Assembly (NCBI GenBank): GCA_964016885.1
Contig: OZ024745.1
Location: forward strand, 6,386,001 to 6,450,000
From: Eledone cirrhosa
Lineage: Eukaryota
Direction of reading: 5' to 3'
DNA length: 64,000 nt
Part shown: in pieces, positions 61,401 through 64,000 of the stretch
Layout: each line of letters opens with the position of its first letter
How positions within the stretch are numbered: position 1 is the first letter of the stretch
The notes under the pieces: generated by a model
The model's input: the letters and a program-made list of their open reading frames with translations, nothing else
Databases searched by the model: none
Told to the model about the DNA's origin: nothing
Made by a program: the position numbers and the translations under genes

Positions 61401-64000
61401 TCAGATATAGTATTACAATACTGTCAGATATAGTATTATAATACTGTCAGATATAGTAATATATTATGTCAGATATAGTATTATATTACTGTTAGATATA
61501 GAATTATAATACTGTCAGATATAGTATTATAATACTGTCTGAGATAGTATTATATTACTGTCAGATATAGTATTATATTACTGTCAGATATAGTATTATA
61601 TTACTCTCAGATATAGTATTATAATACTGTCAGATATAATATTATAATACTGTCAGATATAGAATTATAATACTGTCTGATATAGTATTATATTATTGTC
61701 AGATATAGTATTATAATACTCTCAGATATAGTATTATATTACTGTTGGATATAGTATTATAATACTGTCTGATATAGTATTATAATACTGTCAGATATAG
61801 TATTATATTACTGTTAGATATAGTATTATATTTCTGTCTGATATCGTATTATATTACTGTCAGATATAGTATTATAATACTGTCAGATATAGTATTATAA
61901 TACTGTCAGATATAGTATTATATTACTGTTAGATATAGTATTATATTACTGTCAGATATAGTATTATATTACTGTCAGATATAGTATTATAATACTGTCA
62001 GATATAGTATTATAATACTGTCAGATATAGTATTATAATACTGTCAGATATAGTATTATATTACTGTCACATATAGTATTATATTACTGTCAGATATAGT
62101 ATTATAATACTGTCTGATAGAGTATTATAATACGGTCAGATATAGTATTATATTACTGTCAGATATAGTATTATAAACTGTCAGATATAGTATTATAATA
62201 CTGTCAGTTATAGTATTATAACACTGTCAGATATAGAATTATAATACTGTCAGATATAGTATTATAATACTGTTAGATATATTATTATAATACTGTCAGA
62301 TATAGTATTATACTACTGTCAGATATAGTAATATAATACTGTCAGATATAGTATTATATTACTGTCAGATATAGTATTATATTACTGTCAGATCTAGTAT
62401 TATAATACTGTCTAATATTGTATCATATCACTGTCAGATATAGTATAATAATACTGTCAGTTATAGTATTATATTACTGTCAGGTTTAGTATTATAATAC
62501 TGTCAGATATTGTATTATATCACTGTCAGATATAGTATTATAATACTGTCAGATATTGTATTATATCACTGTCAGATATTGTATTATATTACTGTCAGAT
62601 ATAGTATTATAATATTTCTGATACTGTATTATATCACTGTCAGATATAGTATTATAATACTGTCAGATATAGTATTATATTACTGTCAGATATAGTATTA
62701 TAATACTGTCAGATATATTATTTTAATACTGTAAGATATAGTATTATATTACTGTCAGATATAGTATTATAATACTATCAGATATAATATTATAATACTG
62801 TCAGATATAGAATTATATTACTGTCAGATATAGTATTATATTATTGTCAGATATAGTATTATGATACTGTCAGATATAGTATTATATTACTGTTAGATAT
62901 AGTATTATAATACTGTCAGATGTAATGTTATAATACTGTCAGATATAGTATTACAATACTGTCAGATATAGTGTTATAATACTGTCAGATATAGTATTAC
63001 AATACTGTCAAATATAGTATTATAATACTGTCAGATATAGTAATATATTATGTCAGATATAGTATTATATTACTGTCAGATATAGTATTATATTACTGTC
63101 TGATATAGTATTATAATACTGTCAGATATAGTATTATATTACTGTCAGATATAGTATTATATTACTGTCTGATACAGTATTATAATACCGTCAGGTATAG
63201 TATTATATTACTGTCAGATATAGAATTATATTACTGTCTGATATAGTATTATATTACTGTCAGATCTAGTGTTATAATACTGTCAGATATAGTATTATAA
63301 TACTGTCTGACAGTATTATATTATTGTCAGATATAGTATTATATTACTGTCAGATATAGTGTTATAATACTGTCAGATATAGTATTATATTACTGTCAGA
63401 TATAGTGTTATAATACTGTATGATAGAGTATTATAATATTGTCAGATATTGTATTATATTTCTGTTAGATATAGTATTATAATACTTCTCAGATATAGTA
63501 TTATATTACTGTTAGATATAGTATTATAATACTGTCAGATATTGTATTATATTACTGTCAGATATAGTATTATAATACTTCCCAGATATAGTATTATATT
63601 ACTGTCAGATATAATATTATAATACTGTCTGACAGTATTATATTACTGTCAGATATAGTATTATATTACTGTCAGATATAGTATTATAATACTGTCAGAT
63701 ATAGTGTTATAATACTGTCAGATATAGTATTATAATACTGTCAGATATAGTATTATAATACTGTCTGAGATAGTATTATATTACTGTCAGATATCGTATT
63801 ATATTACTGTCAGATATAGTATTATATTACTGTCAGATATAGTATTATAATACTGTCAGATATAATATTATAATACTGTCAGATATAGAATTATAATACT
63901 GTCTGATATAGTATTATATTATTGTAAGATATAGTATTATAATACTCTCAGATATAGTATTATATTACTGTTAGATATAGTATTATAATACTGTCTGATA
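58420..64000. repeat. Further segmental duplications (about 58420-58900 vs about 60990-61490; about 58800-59850 vs about 62950-64000)
   Basis: TTATGATACTATCAG/ATACAGTCAG/AGACATAG markers at about 58500 and 61070. GAATTATATTACTGTCTG at about 59072/63223. ATTGTAAG at about 59770/63921. Confidence 0.7.

Larger units (their letters stand above)
1..64000. repeat. 23-bp AT-rich tandem satellite array, consensus ACTGTCAGATATAGTATTATA(A/T)T, about 2,750 monomers, single orientation, extends beyond both window ends
   Basis: Directly visible 23-bp periodicity throughout. Two major monomer types (...TATAAT and ...TATATT) plus recurrent substitution variants and 21/22/24-bp indel variants. Interrupted only by four SINE copies. 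Copy number estimated as (64000 - about 715)/23. Confidence 0.99.

Noticed and set aside
15195-62695. Eight 61-65 aa ORFs (MYYITVRYSIII..., MLSDIVLYYCQI...)
   Set aside because: They are chance read-throughs of the 23-bp repeat (69-bp, 23-aa cycle) where variants remove the TAG stop. They recur only because the DNA segments are duplicated.
1-64000. CRISPR-like array or iteron origin
   Set aside because: Monomers abut directly with no unique spacers, and there are no cas or rep genes. The four islands are homologous to each other and carry TSDs.
1-64000. Many TATAAT (bacterial -10) and TATA-like motifs
   Set aside because: They are part of the satellite monomer, with no downstream genes, and the SINEs indicate a eukaryotic genome.
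1-64000. Long yeast-type (23-bp) telomeric repeat
   Set aside because: There is no G-rich strand. The tract is at least 64 kb, and variants are inherited in kilobase blocks, indicating recombination or duplication rather than telomerase templating.

Overview
This window is almost entirely one AT-rich tandem satellite array of about 2,750 head-to-tail copies of a 23-bp monomer, ACTGTCAGATATAGTATTATA(A/T)T. All copies are in one orientation and the array runs off both ends. Diagnostic variant monomers show a mosaic of nested duplications (about 0.25-14 kb offsets) rather than one regular higher-order repeat. The only non-satellite DNA is four 167-187 bp copies of a tRNA-derived SINE on the minus strand (7515, 14894, 17947, 31025). 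They represent three independent retrotranspositions plus one copy duplicated with its flanks. All three independent insertions have their 3' end at the same nucleotide of the monomer (TATAAT^ACTG, or ^GCT in one variant), inside the monomer's 14-bp palindrome AGTATTATAATACT, and matching empty sites are present elsewhere in the window. From memory, the SINE resembles abundant octopus SINEs with a Meta/MESC-type central domain, suggesting an animal (possibly octopod) genome; this is unverified. I see no credible protein-coding gene, CRISPR array or prokaryotic system, and the listed ORFs are satellite read-throughs.
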